64,000 nt of DNA from an uncultured Desulfobacter sp. (GTDB lineage Bacteria; Desulfobacterota; Desulfobacteria; Desulfobacterales; Desulfobacteraceae), in the NCBI GenBank assembly GCA_963665095.1, contig OY762069.1, positions 1,056,001 through 1,120,000 of the forward strand, in the 5' to 3' direction. Below the pieces are notes generated by a model, which had not been told where the DNA came from, searched no databases, and saw only the letters and a program-made list of their open reading frames with translations. The position numbers and the translations under genes were made by a program. Positions within the stretch are counted from its first letter, which is position 1. Every line of letters starts with the position of its first letter. Below, in pieces: positions 30,821-41,676 of this stretch.

Positions 30821-33421
30821 TTACACCACAATATTGACAAGGATCTGTTTTTTGCGGATTACAATAATTTTTCGAATCTCCTTATCTTCCACATATTTCA
30901 CAATCCGGGAATCTGAAAGTGCCGTTGTTTTGATCTCCTCTTCTCCGGCATCCGCACCTGTGGAAAATTTTGCACGAAGTTTCCCATTCACCTGAACCAC
31001 CACCAGCACCTCATCGGTTTGAAGGGAATCGTTTCTGTATTCAGGCCAGGGCTGTTCCAGTATGGACTCTTTGTGGCCCATATGCTTGAACAGCTCTTCG
31101 CAAAAATGAGGAATGATGGGGCTGAGTAAAAGCAATACGTTTTCAAGGCAGAACCAGACAACAGATTTAAGCTCAGAATCAGCCTTGTCAAGCTCAACAC
31201 CGTACATGGCGTTAACCAGCTCCATCACCGCTGCGATGGCTGTATTAAAATGAAAGCTGGCATCAATGTCATCCGTAACTTTCTGGATGGTCTGATTTGC
31301 TTTGATATATAACTCTTTGGCCTGGGCAGACTGAAGAGAGGACGCCGGGCCATTAAAAGAATCAATTCCCTGAATGGTCTCCATGCAGGACAATGCCAGA
31401 CGCCAGACGCGGTTGACAAACCGGTTGCTGCCTTCCACACCATCCTCACTCCATTCCAGATCTCTTTCCGGAGGGGCGGCAAACAGACAGAAAAGCCGGG
31501 TGACATCAGCGCCGTATTTTTCCAGAAGTTCATTGGGATTGACTACGTTTTTCTTGGATTTGGACATTTTGATTACACGGCCCACCTCCACATCATTCCC
31601 GCACATGGTACAGACCAGTGCCCCATCTTTTTTCTCGGTCTGTTCCGGAAACAGATACCCGTGTTCAGGGCAGGTCATGGTCTCCTTGCACACCATGCCC
31701 TGGGTTAAAAGCCGGGTAAAGGGCTCCTTAAAAGGTACCAGGCCAAGGGTGTTAAGTACCCGCAAAAAATACCGTGAATAAAGGAGATGGAGTACCGCAT
31801 GTTCCACACCGCCGATATATTGATCCACAGGCATCCAGTATTCCACGGCCTTGGGATCAAACATGCCTTTTTCATATCTGGGGGAACAGTATCTTAAATA
31901 ATACCAGGAGGACTCCACAAAGGTATCCATGGTATCGGTATCTCTTCTGGCGTCATCCCTGCCGCAGACAGGACAAGTGGTTTTCGCAAAATAATCCAGA
32001 GTGGGCAGAGGAGAGCCACCCTGTTCCAGCAGATTGGCATCTTCAGGTAAAGTAATGGGCAGGTCGGATTCCGGTACCGGAACCACCCCGCATGAGGGGC
32101 AGTGAATTACAGGGATAGGCGTGCCCCAGTATCTCTGACGTGAAATTCCCCAGTCACGAAGCCTAAAAGATACCGCCCGTTTACCGATCCTCTCTTTTTC
32201 CAGCCAGTCAGACATTTTTTCAATGGCATCCCTGCTGTCCATACCGTCAAATGCCCCTGAATTCGTCATGATGCCGCGACCGGCATAGGCCTCGGTCATG
32301 GTGGCACCATCAAGTACTTCACCTTCAGGTTGAACAACCACCCGGATTTCCAAGCCGTATTTCCTGGCAAAATCAAAATCGCGCTGGTCACCGGAGGGAA
32401 CAGACATGATGGCCCCGGTACCATAGCCCATCAAAACAAAATTGGCTGTGTAGACAGGTATTTTTTCTTTGGTGGCCGGATTGATGCAGTAAGCACCGGT
32501 GAACACCCCTTCTTTTTCATATTTTTCAATGCCCTCGGCTGAACGCTCCTGCCTGGAGACCTTATCTACAAATGCAGCAACGGCTGCCTCCTGGTCCGTA
32601 CCTTTAGATAAGGTTTCCACCAGAGGGTGCTCCGGGGCCAGACACATAAAAGTGGCACCAAAAATGGTATCCGGCCGGGTAGTGAACACATTGATCACCT
32701 CATCCTTGCCGTCAACTTTAAAATTGAGTTCTGCCCCTAAACTTTTGCCGATCCAGTTTTTCTGCATGGTGGTAACATTGTCCGGCCAGCCCGGCAGCTT
32801 GTCACAGTAAACCAGAAGGTCTTCCGCATAATCGGTAATTTTAAAAAACCACTGCCACAATTTTTTCTGCTGGACCACCTGGGAGCAGCGCCAGCACCTG
32901 TCCTGTTCCACCTGCTCATTTGCAAGCACGGTCTGACATTTCTCACACCAGTTGACATAGGACTCCTTGCGGTAGGCCATGCCCTTTTCAAGCATTTTCA
33001 GAAACAGCCACTGCTCCCAGCGGTAATACTCAGGCCGGCAGGTGGCAATCTCCCTGTCCCAGTCATAGGAAAACCCCATTTTTTTCAGCTGGGCCCGCAT
33101 GGTCCGGATATTTTCATAGGTCCAGGCCGCCGGATGGGTGTTGTTGTCAATGGCTGCATTTTCCGCAGGCATGCCAAAAGCATCCCAGCCCATGGGGTGG
33201 ATGACGTTAAAGCCTTTCATCCGTTTGTAACGGACCACCACATCACCAATGGTGTAATTGCGCACATGGCCGATATGAATTTTCCCTGACGGGTAGGGAA
33301 ACATCTCCAGAAGATAGTATTTTTCTTTGGACGGATCTTCCTCAACCTTGAACAGCTGATTTTTTTTCCAGTATTCCTGCCACTTGGGTTCAACCTGTGA
33401 AGGGATGTACCGTTCCTCCAT
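30821..33421 (-). CDS. leuS: Leucine--tRNA ligase
   Basis: [37 protein letters not shown]. Confidence 0.98.
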   Translation of the reverse strand: MEERYIPSQVEPKWQEYWKKNQLFKVEEDPSKEKYYLLEMFPYPSGKIHIGHVRNYTIGDVVVRYKRMKGFNVIHPMGWDAFGMPAENAAIDNNTHPAAWTYENIRTMRAQLKKMGFSYDWDREIATCRPEYYRWEQWLFLKMLEKGMAYRKESYVNWCEKCQTVLANEQVEQDRCWRCSQVVQQKKLWQWFFKITDYAEDLLVYCDKLPGWPDNVTTMQKNWIGKSLGAELNFKVDGKDEVINVFTTRPDTIFGATFMCLAPEHPLVETLSKGTDQEAAVAAFVDKVSRQERSAEGIEKYEKEGVFTGAYCINPATKEKIPVYTANFVLMGYGTGAIMSVPSGDQRDFDFARKYGLEIRVVVQPEGEVLDGATMTEAYAGRGIMTNSGAFDGMDSRDAIEKMSDWLEKERIGKRAVSFRLRDWGISRQRYWGTPIPVIHCPSCGVVPVPESDLPITLPEDANLLEQGGSPLPTLDYFAKTTCPVCGRDDARRDTDTMDTFVESSWYYLRYCSPRYEKGMFDPKAVEYWMPVDQYIGGVEHAVLHLLYSRYFLRVLNTLGLVPFKEPFTRLLTQGMVCKETMTCPEHGYLFPEQTEKKDGALVCTMCGNDVEVGRVIKMSKSKKNVVNPNELLEKYGADVTRLFCLFAAPPERDLEWSEDGVEGSNRFVNRVWRLALSCMETIQGIDSFNGPASSLQSAQAKELYIKANQTIQKVTDDIDASFHFNTAIAAVMELVNAMYGVELDKADSELKSVVWFCLENVLLLLSPIIPHFCEELFKHMGHKESILEQPWPEYRNDSLQTDEVLVVVQVNGKLRAKFSTGADAGEEEIKTTALSDSRIVKYVEDKEIRKIIVIRKKQILVNIVV

Positions 33422-33778
33422 TATTTTTATCCTTTCGAAAAAGCATCTTTAATTTGTATTTGAACCTTTTTAGATGCCATAAGATGGGGTAAATAGTAAA
33501 GATATTTTTAAAAATTTAAGAAGGAACAATACTATTACATATTATCTGACGTCGTATCCAGGTGCTATCATACAGATCCCGTCCGTTACTTCGTTGTTTT
33601 GAAGGAAGATAAAAATCTTTAACGTCGATTACCGATTATGTCAGAAAAGAGAGTCGCTTTTTGTCAAGTGAAACCATATATTTACCTTGACCTTATTGGG
33701 TCTGAATGATATAGAAAGTGGTTTTTTAATTATCCGTTCTGATTTTCTGATTTCTGAACGGATAAAAATTTATATTTT

Positions 33779-33853
33779 ATCCTTGCTCCGGGCAACAGGC
33801 CGTCAGTGAATGACATAATATGGTTTGTCCGGGGCTTTACATCCACAAGGAGG
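33779..33853 (+). promoter_or_regulatory. Candidate S6:S18 autogenous leader RNA
   Basis: TCCTTG...CAAGGA stem sequesters the rpsF RBS; inner stem GCTCCGGGCAA/TTGTCCGGGGC. Confidence 0.65.
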
Positions 33854-33857
33854 CAAA

Positions 33858-34370
33858 ATGAGAAAGTATGAAACTGTGTTCATTTCTGATCCAGACCTGC
33901 AGGATCAGGCCCGTGAAGAATTTTTTGAAAGGGTCAGGAACATCATAGAAAGAGAAAATGGTATCATCCTGAACGTTGATGAATGGGGGTTAAAAAAACT
34001 ATCCTATGAAATCAAAAAGAAACTACGCGGGTATTATGTCTGTCTAACCTACGGCGGAACCGGCGAACTTGTAACAGAGCTTGAAAGAAATTTCCGGCTC
34101 AGCGACAATATCATGAAGTTCATGACCATCCTTATCGACGAACACGCCACTGAAGAATCCCTTAAAGAAGAAGCTGAGCAGACACGCATTGCCGCTGAGG
34201 AAGCCGCCAACGCTCCGGCCCCGGAAGACAAGGCTGTTGCCGAAGAACCGTCTGAAACAGAATCTGATGACGCCGCCCAAGACGATGATGCTCCTGAAGA
34301 GGACCAAGCCGGCCAGGATTCAGCCGAATCAGAAGAATCATCAGACCCTGCTGAAGAGTCCAAAGAATAA
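33858..34370 (+). CDS. rpsF: 30S ribosomal protein S6 with long acidic tail
   Basis: MRKYETVFI, EWGLKKLSYEIKK, ELERNFRL; AAGGAGG RBS before ATG 33858. Confidence 0.96.
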   Translation: MRKYETVFISDPDLQDQAREEFFERVRNIIERENGIILNVDEWGLKKLSYEIKKKLRGYYVCLTYGGTGELVTELERNFRLSDNIMKFMTILIDEHATEESLKEEAEQTRIAAEEAANAPAPEDKAVAEEPSETESDDAAQDDDAPEEDQAGQDSAESEESSDPAEESKE

Positions 34371-34394
34371 TTAACGTACAAAAGGAGATCACAT

Positions 34395-34652
34395 ATGTAT
34401 AAAGGTCAAAGAGGCGGCGGAAAGAACAGATTCTATCAGCGCCGGAAAATCTGCAGATTCTGCGTGGACAGCACAATGGAAATTGATTATAAAAACCCCA
34501 AAGCACTCAAGCAGTTCATCACTGAAAGGGGTAAAATTATCCCCCGCCGGATTACCGGGACCTGCGCCAAACACCAGCGCAAGCTTTGTCTGGCCATCAA
34601 GAGATCACGGCAGATTGCACTTCTGCCTTTTGTCGGACGCCCGTTACAGTAA
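34395..34652 (+). CDS. rpsR: 30S ribosomal protein S18 (Cys-containing form)
   Basis: [29 protein letters not shown]. Confidence 0.97.
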   Translation: MYKGQRGGGKNRFYQRRKICRFCVDSTMEIDYKNPKALKQFITERGKIIPRRITGTCAKHQRKLCLAIKRSRQIALLPFVGRPLQ

Positions 34653-34680
34653 AATCGTAAATTTTTAAGGGTTTGAACCA

Positions 34681-35613
34681 TTGCCGCTGTCCATCACACA
34701 CCCGGTATTTATCAAGGAGACCTTGACCGGCACTCTTTTGTGCCTGTTGATATACGGTGTTGTGTTTGCATTTCCACTGTTAGGTGTATTTGTTCTGCTG
34801 TTTCTGCCGCTGCCGGTGCTGTTTTACCGTCTTAAACTTGGCAGAAAAGGCGGGAGTCTCGTGGCCGCAGCCAGTTTCCTTATTTTGGTATTGATGGCTA
34901 AGGGCGTGGCATTTGATACACTTTACTTTGGCGTACTATTGATGACCGGCATATTTTTAGGAGAATGTCTTGAACGGCATTTAAACATTCAAAAAACCAT
35001 GAGCCTGACCGCACTAATGGCAGCAGGTTCTATTTTTGTCGTGTTTTCAGGCTATACCCTTTCCCAGGATCAGACATTTTCGGAAATAGGCAAGGCATAT
35101 ATGAACCAGTCTTTGCAGATTGCCGAACAGATTTCTCCTGAAATCGGCATGGACAAGGATATGGCCGGCAAACTGGTATCATCGATGATGATTGTTCTGC
35201 CCGGCATGTTCATTGTCTCCTTTATGACAACTATCTGGCTCAATATCCTGCTTATCAAAGGGTTACTCAAACGCAAAGGCGTTGCCCTGAAAAGCATTGA
35301 AGGATTGAACCTGTATAAAACTCCGGACAGACTGGTCTGGGGGGTCATTGCATCAGGGGCAGCCTTAATCGTCCCTTTAGACCCTGTAAAAATTATCGGC
35401 ATCAACTGCCTGATCGTTTTATTGCTAATTTATTTTTTCCAAGGAATTGCGGTCATTTCCTTTTTTTTTCAGGCAAGAAATACCCCTATGGCCTTGAAGG
35501 TATTCTGTTATTTTTTGATTGCCATACAGGCGTACGTTTTAATCATGGTCATTGGACTGGGTTTTTTTGACAACTGGATAAATTTCAGGAAATTTGCTGC
35601 AACAGGAAAATAA
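34681..35613 (+). CDS. YybS/DUF2232 membrane protein
   Basis: Polytopic; YFFQGIAVI, GLGFFDNWINFR; usual position between rpsR and rplI. Confidence 0.85.
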   Translation: MPLSITHPVFIKETLTGTLLCLLIYGVVFAFPLLGVFVLLFLPLPVLFYRLKLGRKGGSLVAAASFLILVLMAKGVAFDTLYFGVLLMTGIFLGECLERHLNIQKTMSLTALMAAGSIFVVFSGYTLSQDQTFSEIGKAYMNQSLQIAEQISPEIGMDKDMAGKLVSSMMIVLPGMFIVSFMTTIWLNILLIKGLLKRKGVALKSIEGLNLYKTPDRLVWGVIASGAALIVPLDPVKIIGINCLIVLLLIYFFQGIAVISFFFQARNTPMALKVFCYFLIAIQAYVLIMVIGLGFFDNWINFRKFAATGK

Positions 35614-35660
35614 AATATCAGCCGGTTTGTCTCACATGACAACCGGATTGGAGGTTTACA

Positions 35661-36116
35661 ATGAAAGTTATACTGAAAGAAACCATTGATACACTGGGTA
35701 TTGCCGGCTCTGAGTGCAAGGTTGCTGAAGGCTACGGCCGCAACTACCTGCTTCCCCAGGGAAAGGCTGTTCTGGCAACGCCTGCCAACCGAAAGGTTAT
35801 GGAACAGGCAAGAGCCAAACTTGAGCTGCAGATTGCCAAGGAAAGAAAAATTGCCGAAGAGATGGCTGCCAAAGTCAGAGAAGTGTCCATCACTATCAAG
35901 GCAAAGGTGCGAGAAGAAATCTACCTTTATGGGTCTGTCACTACCCATGATATCAAAGATGCCCTGGATACCCAGAAGGTTGAAGTTGAACGCCGCTGTA
36001 TTCTTCTGGCTGAACCCATTAAGGAAACCGGTGAATATAAAGTGCCTATCCGTCTTTACAAAGATGTTGAACCGGAAATCACCGTACTCGTTGAAGCTGA
36101 AGAAAAACAGGACTAA
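35661..36116 (+). CDS. rplI: 50S ribosomal protein L9
   Basis: MKVILKE, GYGRNYLLPQGKA, LYGSVT. Confidence 0.96.
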   Translation: MKVILKETIDTLGIAGSECKVAEGYGRNYLLPQGKAVLATPANRKVMEQARAKLELQIAKERKIAEEMAAKVREVSITIKAKVREEIYLYGSVTTHDIKDALDTQKVEVERRCILLAEPIKETGEYKVPIRLYKDVEPEITVLVEAEEKQD

Positions 36117-36130
36117 TAGCCTGATCTTAC

Positions 36131-36164
36131 GCCTGCCGCTTTTGCCCAATCAAGGGCGGCAGGC
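36131..36164 (+). terminator. Hairpin after rplI (attenuator/terminator-like)
   Basis: GCCTGCCGC...GCGGCAGGC; weak U-tail. Confidence 0.45.
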
Positions 36165-36203
36165 AGTATCTTTCAAAAGTATATCGAAATTGAATACATA
36201 TAG

Positions 36204-37583
36204 ATGGCAAAAAAAGAATCTTTGAAAACGGACCATCTGCTGAACCGCACCCCTCCCCATGACAGTGATGCGGAAGCGTCGCTTCTGTCTGCCATATTTA
36301 TCAGCAATGATACGCTGCTTGATATTATTGAAATTCTTAAGCCTGATGATTTTTATAAAGGGGCGCACAAAAAAATTTTCAGGGTTATTATGGAGCTGTC
36401 TGCCAGAGAAGAACCGGCAGATCTCGTTACTGTGGCCAATGCACTGAATGCAAAGGATGAGCTGGAAGCCGTGGGCGGACCGGCTTTTCTTGTCGGGATA
36501 GCCGATGCAGCGCCTGTGGCGATCAATGCCGTGCATTATGCCAGAATCGTCCGGGAAAAATCCACCCTGCGTCAGTTGATCAATGCATCTTCCCAGACCA
36601 TTGAACGCTGCCTTGAGGATCGTGGTGACTTTAAGGAAATTCTTGATGAAGCCCAGGCCGCTGTCATCAAAATTGCAGATCGCCAGTCCGGAGGCGCCTT
36701 CAAAGCCCTATCCGATTTAATTGAATACAATATTGACCAGCTTGAAGAACTCCAGGGAAAGGAAGGAGGACTTGCCGGTCTTTCCACCGGATATTCACGG
36801 CTCGACCGGATCACCTCAGGCCTGCAGCGCTCGGATCTGATTATCCTGGCAGCACGGCCCAGTATGGGTAAAACTGCCTTTGCGCTGAACATTGCCAGGA
36901 ATGTTGCCTTTTCAAACCGGAAACCTGTGGCGGTATTTTCACTTGAGATGTCCAAAGAACAACTCTCCATGCGTCTTTTGACCTCTGAGGCACGGGTAGA
37001 TGCCAACAAGCTTCGAAGTGGTGTGTTTGCCCCTGAAGACTGGCAGAATTTCACAGATGCGGCAGGTATATTAAATGAGATGCCTATCTTTATAGATGAT
37101 ACACCCGCCATATCTGTTATGGATCTAAGGGCCAAGGTCAGAAAACTGTATCAGCTTAATGGCGCGCTCGGGCTTGTGGTCATAGACTACCTGCAGTTAA
37201 TGAAAGCCTCTTTCAGATCCGATCGCAGAGATTTAGAAATTGCCGATATTTCAAGATCTTTAAAATCTATTGCCAAGGAACTGGATGTGCCTGTGCTTGC
37301 ATTGTCCCAGTTGAACCGTGCTTTAGAGCAGCGTTCGGACAAGCGTCCCATGATGTCTGATTTAAGGGAGTCAGGCGCCATTGAACAAGATGCAGATATC
37401 ATCGCCTTCATCTATCGGGATGAGGTATACAATAAGGAGCCGGACAACCCAAGAAAGGGCACGGCTGAAATTATTGTCGCAAAAAACCGTAACGGCAGTA
37501 TTGGTACTGCACTTATGATGTTCAACGGCCAGTATACCCGTTTTGAGGAACTGGCACCTGAAGCCTTCCAGGGTTTTAAATGA
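36204..37583 (+). CDS. dnaB: Replicative DNA helicase
   Basis: AARPSMGKT, FSLEMS, IDYLQL, LSQLNR, DLRESGAIEQDAD, KNRNG; no intein. Confidence 0.97.
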   Translation: MAKKESLKTDHLLNRTPPHDSDAEASLLSAIFISNDTLLDIIEILKPDDFYKGAHKKIFRVIMELSAREEPADLVTVANALNAKDELEAVGGPAFLVGIADAAPVAINAVHYARIVREKSTLRQLINASSQTIERCLEDRGDFKEILDEAQAAVIKIADRQSGGAFKALSDLIEYNIDQLEELQGKEGGLAGLSTGYSRLDRITSGLQRSDLIILAARPSMGKTAFALNIARNVAFSNRKPVAVFSLEMSKEQLSMRLLTSEARVDANKLRSGVFAPEDWQNFTDAAGILNEMPIFIDDTPAISVMDLRAKVRKLYQLNGALGLVVIDYLQLMKASFRSDRRDLEIADISRSLKSIAKELDVPVLALSQLNRALEQRSDKRPMMSDLRESGAIEQDADIIAFIYRDEVYNKEPDNPRKGTAEIIVAKNRNGSIGTALMMFNGQYTRFEELAPEAFQGFK

Positions 37584-39196
37584 AACGAATCATCTACGGC
37601 ACCACTGACGGCCTGAATAAATCCCAGCTCAACCGGATTGAAAACCTTTACAACTTTAAATCCTCGCCTGAATTTATTCTTTCGTCTCAGGCAGCACATG
37701 AACTTTGTGATATCAGCAGGGAGATCCGCCGTCAGATCGGTCTGCTTATAGACCGTAATGGAAAGGTTATCGGTGTCATTGCCGGAGAGCCTCAAAGGAT
37801 TGTCATCCCGGTAACTCCTGATTTCCGACCCGGGCCGGGGCGGCTTAAGGGCCTTCGCTGCATTCACACCCATTTATCTGACGAAGCCCTGACACAGGAC
37901 GATCTTACAGATCTTGCCCTGCTGCGTCTGGATTTTATTACGGCGATCTGCATCACCCAGGACACAGAGCCGGGACCGGTGTATTCAGCCCATATTCTTC
38001 CGAATCCCGATGCCGATCCCTATCGTGTTTTACCCAAAGGATCCATTGAAGATCTCGAAAATGACTGTCAGACGAGAATCTTTGAACTGGAGTCCGAACT
38101 TGCCAGGCATGACCGTCTGCACAGGCCCGATACCGATCAGGAAAATGCGTTTCTAATCAACGCCACAACCCAAAAGCCCAACGATTCTCACATATCCATG
38201 GATGAGCTAAAGGAGCTGTGCAAAACAAGCCATATCAAAGTGGTGGGCACGGCCATTCAGCAAAGAAAAAAAATTGATCCTAAATTTGTGGTGGGTAAAG
38301 GGAAATTAGCCTCCCTTATAATCAAGGCCATTCAGAACTATGCCACCCTGCTGGTATTTGACCGGGAGTTGAGCCCGTCCCAGATCCGCTCCATCACAGA
38401 TTTTGTAGAGATGAAGGTCATTGACCGCACCCAGCTGATTCTGGACATTTTTGCCAAACAGGCAAAATCCAGGGAGGGCAAATACCAGGTTGAGCTGGCG
38501 CAACTGGAGTATATGCTTCCCCGTCTGATTGCCAAAAATACAGCCATGTCAAGGCTGACAGGGGGCATTGGCGGCAGAGGCCCGGGTGAGACCAAGCTTG
38601 AAGTAAACAGACGCCGCGCCAGGGAGCGTATTACCCGCCTGAAAAAAGAGATTGAAAAAATAAGAAAGCAACGCCGGCAGCAGAAAGCCCGGCGCCAGCG
38701 AAAAGACCTGCCGGTTATCTCTATTGTAGGATACACCAATGCCGGTAAATCAACGCTGCTCAACACCCTGACCCAGAGCAGCATCATAGCGGCCAACCGC
38801 CTTTTTGCCACATTAGACCCCTCTTCCCGGCGTCTGCGGTTCCCCAGAGATAAAGAGGTGATTATCACAGACACAGTGGGATTTATTCAGAACCTGCCAA
38901 AGGAACTTTTAGAAGCATTTCATGCCACGCTTGAAGAATTGGAACAGGCCGATGTCATTTTACATGTCATTGATATCTCCAATCCCAGGTATATGCAGCA
39001 GAAAGAAACGGTTGATCAGCTTTTAAAATCAATGAACTTAAGCGGCATTCCCACCCTGTACGTATTCAATAAAATGGATCAGGCAGATCTTAATAATTTT
39101 GATTCACCCTGGCTGTTAAACCAGGGAATTCTTGTTTCCGCACTTCAAAAAGCAAGCCTGACTTCACTTGTTGAAAAACTTGAGTCTATGGTATAG
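37580..39196 (+). CDS. hflX: Ribosome-associated GTPase HflX (long N-terminal form)
   Basis: DRTQLILDIFA, GIGGRGPGETKLE, GYTNAGKST, LFATLDP, DTVGFI, NKMD. Confidence 0.95.
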   Translation: MKRIIYGTTDGLNKSQLNRIENLYNFKSSPEFILSSQAAHELCDISREIRRQIGLLIDRNGKVIGVIAGEPQRIVIPVTPDFRPGPGRLKGLRCIHTHLSDEALTQDDLTDLALLRLDFITAICITQDTEPGPVYSAHILPNPDADPYRVLPKGSIEDLENDCQTRIFELESELARHDRLHRPDTDQENAFLINATTQKPNDSHISMDELKELCKTSHIKVVGTAIQQRKKIDPKFVVGKGKLASLIIKAIQNYATLLVFDRELSPSQIRSITDFVEMKVIDRTQLILDIFAKQAKSREGKYQVELAQLEYMLPRLIAKNTAMSRLTGGIGGRGPGETKLEVNRRRARERITRLKKEIEKIRKQRRQQKARRQRKDLPVISIVGYTNAGKSTLLNTLTQSSIIAANRLFATLDPSSRRLRFPRDKEVIITDTVGFIQNLPKELLEAFHATLEELEQADVILHVIDISNPRYMQQKETVDQLLKSMNLSGIPTLYVFNKMDQADLNNFDSPWLLNQGILVSALQKASLTSLVEKLESMV

Positions 39197-39276
39197 GCGT
39201 ATAATCAAAACTTTGTTGAAAAACAAAGTCATTTATTTTAAAACAAAAATATTATTTACAGATTTTGGAATTATAC

Positions 39277-39495
39277 ATGGATTTACGACTGGACCGGCAG
39301 ATAGGCGAAAAAGATGTTACAGAAGATTCAATGGATATCCCTGACTGTTTTGGAGAATTTGATAAAAACAACCGGGTCTGTTTTGACTATTGTGCCATTT
39401 CAATTAAATGTGCTGTCATGCAGCTGCACCACCCTAAAATAGATATTCTGGAAAAACTTCTCAACTACGATGATTTTTTCGTAAAACCGAACTGA
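39277..39495 (+). CDS. Small Cys-motif hypothetical protein
   Basis: PDCFGEFD...VCFDYCAISIKC; start uncertain. Confidence 0.55.
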   Translation: MDLRLDRQIGEKDVTEDSMDIPDCFGEFDKNNRVCFDYCAISIKCAVMQLHHPKIDILEKLLNYDDFFVKPN

Positions 39496-39589
39496 TCCAT
39501 AATTTCCCAAGCACAAAATTTTAAATTCAACCGGTAAGGCATTCTATAGCCTTCTTCCTATCATCCCAATATACCATTTACCGATCAAG

Positions 39590-40477
39590 CTAAAAGGTAA
39601 GGGCAATAGCCGCAATATCGTCATGGCATTTAAACCGGGGATATAGGAGACAGTCAGGATCTGTTTTTTCAATTTTCCGAATCTGTTCTTTCAGTCCGTC
39701 CAGCCCCATTGACAGAAAGGCCGAAACCAGGTCGGAGAAATCCTTTCGTTGTTCCGGAGCCCGGCAAGGCAGATTCAACCCGTCTGTGAACAGCAGAATA
39801 TGCCTGACGTGTTCCAGAGGCTCAACTCCCTGGTTCAATAAATTCAAAGACTGTTTCTCCCCGTTAAGAACCCCGTAAGAGATATTCATCTGCAGCCGTA
39901 CGTTTCTGATTTGCTCTGCCAGCTTTTTTCTGGCTGCCACAAGGTTGGAATGTTCATCACCCCTGGTACCTTGGGATAAATTGTTTTTAGATCTATCTGT
40001 TCGCTTACTCAGGGTTAGGTCACGCCACAGACACATGGTGTCATAGTCATGATTCTCCCGCTCCACCAATACTTTATGTGAACCGTCCTCACAGATGGCA
40101 ATTATCATTGCATCACCGGTTTGAATCCACTCAATATTTTTTTCCCTGATCCGAATAACTGCGGCACTGGTGCTCCACAGGTTTTCCTTTTGAGAAATAT
40201 CCACACCATTATCAAGCATTTGATTCATAATCTCAAAGTTGGCAAGATCCGCCAGTTCAGGAAGGGGGAAATGGTTTTTACGGAAAACAATTTTGGCTGC
40301 ATTTGCAGCAAGCTGTCCGCCGGTCCTGCCATTTTCAAATCTTTTTTTGTTTAGGCTTGTAGCGCCATCAAATACCCCGAAGATATTATCCTGGATAACC
40401 AGGCAGTCTTCGTTTACCCGCGAGCTTCCCTGTTCAAGGATAGACTGAACTATGATATTTTTTGTTTCAGCGTGCAT
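39590..40477 (-). CDS. PP2C-like phosphatase domain protein
   Basis: VNED, FGVFDGAT, QTGD, LLFTDG, HDD. Confidence 0.75.
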   Translation of the reverse strand: MHAETKNIIVQSILEQGSSRVNEDCLVIQDNIFGVFDGATSLNKKRFENGRTGGQLAANAAKIVFRKNHFPLPELADLANFEIMNQMLDNGVDISQKENLWSTSAAVIRIREKNIEWIQTGDAMIIAICEDGSHKVLVERENHDYDTMCLWRDLTLSKRTDRSKNNLSQGTRGDEHSNLVAARKKLAEQIRNVRLQMNISYGVLNGEKQSLNLLNQGVEPLEHVRHILLFTDGLNLPCRAPEQRKDFSDLVSAFLSMGLDGLKEQIRKIEKTDPDCLLYPRFKCHDDIAAIALTF

Positions 40478-40738
40478 AGCTTGAAAATATAAAACCAACG
40501 GTTTTGAAGTCAAAAATAAAAAAACAATAGATTCCAGGATTAAAATTGGAAATATCTATACAACTATCAATAATCATAAATTCATATTCTTAATACAGCT
40601 CATAGAATAAAATAAAGATAATCAATTTGCCAAATCTTATGATTTTTTATAGGTCTATGAATCATCTATAGTGGATTAATATTGCCGTAAATAAGGGATC
40701 CTGAGCATGTCCCCAATATAAAAGGAAAGACAGACAAA

Positions 40739-41050
40739 ATGATCAATGTTACCCCGCCTGCTCAAAAGCAGGTTAAAATGTATTTTGAAGGCAAAGAAAT
40801 TTCTCCAATAAGAATTTTCCTTAACAGTGCAGGATGTGGCGGCCCCAGTCTTGCCATGGCCCTGGATGAAAAAAAAGAGAGTGATGCTGTTTATACCCAT
40901 GACGGCATAGACTACATTATGGATAAAGATCTGCTGGAAAAAGCGTCTCCCATTCAGGTAAACTTTTCCGGCACCGGGTTTGTTCTTGAGTCCAGTCTTA
41001 AACCAGCCCCAGGGTGCACAGGTTGCGCCGGATCCTGTTGCGGGGATTAA
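40739..41050 (+). CDS. HesB/IscA-like protein (Cys form)
   Basis: INVTPPA, IRIFL..GCGGPSLAMALDE, C-terminal CTGCAGSCC. Confidence 0.85.
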   Translation: MINVTPPAQKQVKMYFEGKEISPIRIFLNSAGCGGPSLAMALDEKKESDAVYTHDGIDYIMDKDLLEKASPIQVNFSGTGFVLESSLKPAPGCTGCAGSCCGD

Positions 41051-41065
41051 TACAAAGGACCCGTC

Positions 41066-41563
41066 ATGCCGGAACAGGTTCATATTCATCCCAAAGTGGA
41101 ACGTCAGTTGTGTACGATGGAAAGCAGTACAAATGCACCGTCCATCGCTGCAGACAGAGCCAGAAAAATAATCTTAGCCCTGATAGAAGGTCAACGGACC
41201 GAATCCAGCGGTCGGTTGCAGGCAAAAGCTGACACGCGGGTAAAAAACAGCTGCAAGTTTAATCTTGGGGCAGGATACCGGCTAATCTGCATCAGAACTA
41301 AAAAAATTTTTTATGTCATGCATGTGGGGGACCATGAAAGCTGCGATGTCTGGCTGAATAACCATTCTAAAAAAAGTCCCCACAAAACTGAAATACCAAT
41401 GAAAACATTTTCCGTCCAATGCTGTCGGAAAAAAACAAACTGCACCATGGACGGGCCCGTGCAAAGGTTCAGGGAAACTGCCTTTGATAATGATGATCCC
41501 TGCCTGCAGCCGATTCCCCAGGAATACTTAAGAAAGGTATTTAAGGGCCTTGTTGCCGGATAG
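41066..41563 (+). CDS. Hypothetical protein, possible RelE/ParE-like fold
   Basis: KFNLGAGYRLICI...YVMHVGDHESCDVWL. Confidence 0.5.
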   Translation: MPEQVHIHPKVERQLCTMESSTNAPSIAADRARKIILALIEGQRTESSGRLQAKADTRVKNSCKFNLGAGYRLICIRTKKIFYVMHVGDHESCDVWLNNHSKKSPHKTEIPMKTFSVQCCRKKTNCTMDGPVQRFRETAFDNDDPCLQPIPQEYLRKVFKGLVAG

Positions 41564-41593
41564 TCGCTCTTTGTTCAGTGGTAATTTTTTATG

Positions 41594-41627
41594 AAAGAAT
41601 CCGGTAATTCATCGGATTCTTTTTTTT
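41594..41627 (+). terminator. Rho-independent terminator
   Basis: AAAGAATCCGG...TCGGATTCTTTTTTTT. Confidence 0.8.
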
Positions 41628-41676
41628 CAGGTTATAGCTGTTAACCAATTTCCAACAACAGACAAAGGAGATAAAA

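Noticed and set aside
40540..40680. AT-rich region with ATAG/CTAT motifs resembling LysR boxes
   Set aside because: Too degenerate and no LysR gene nearby
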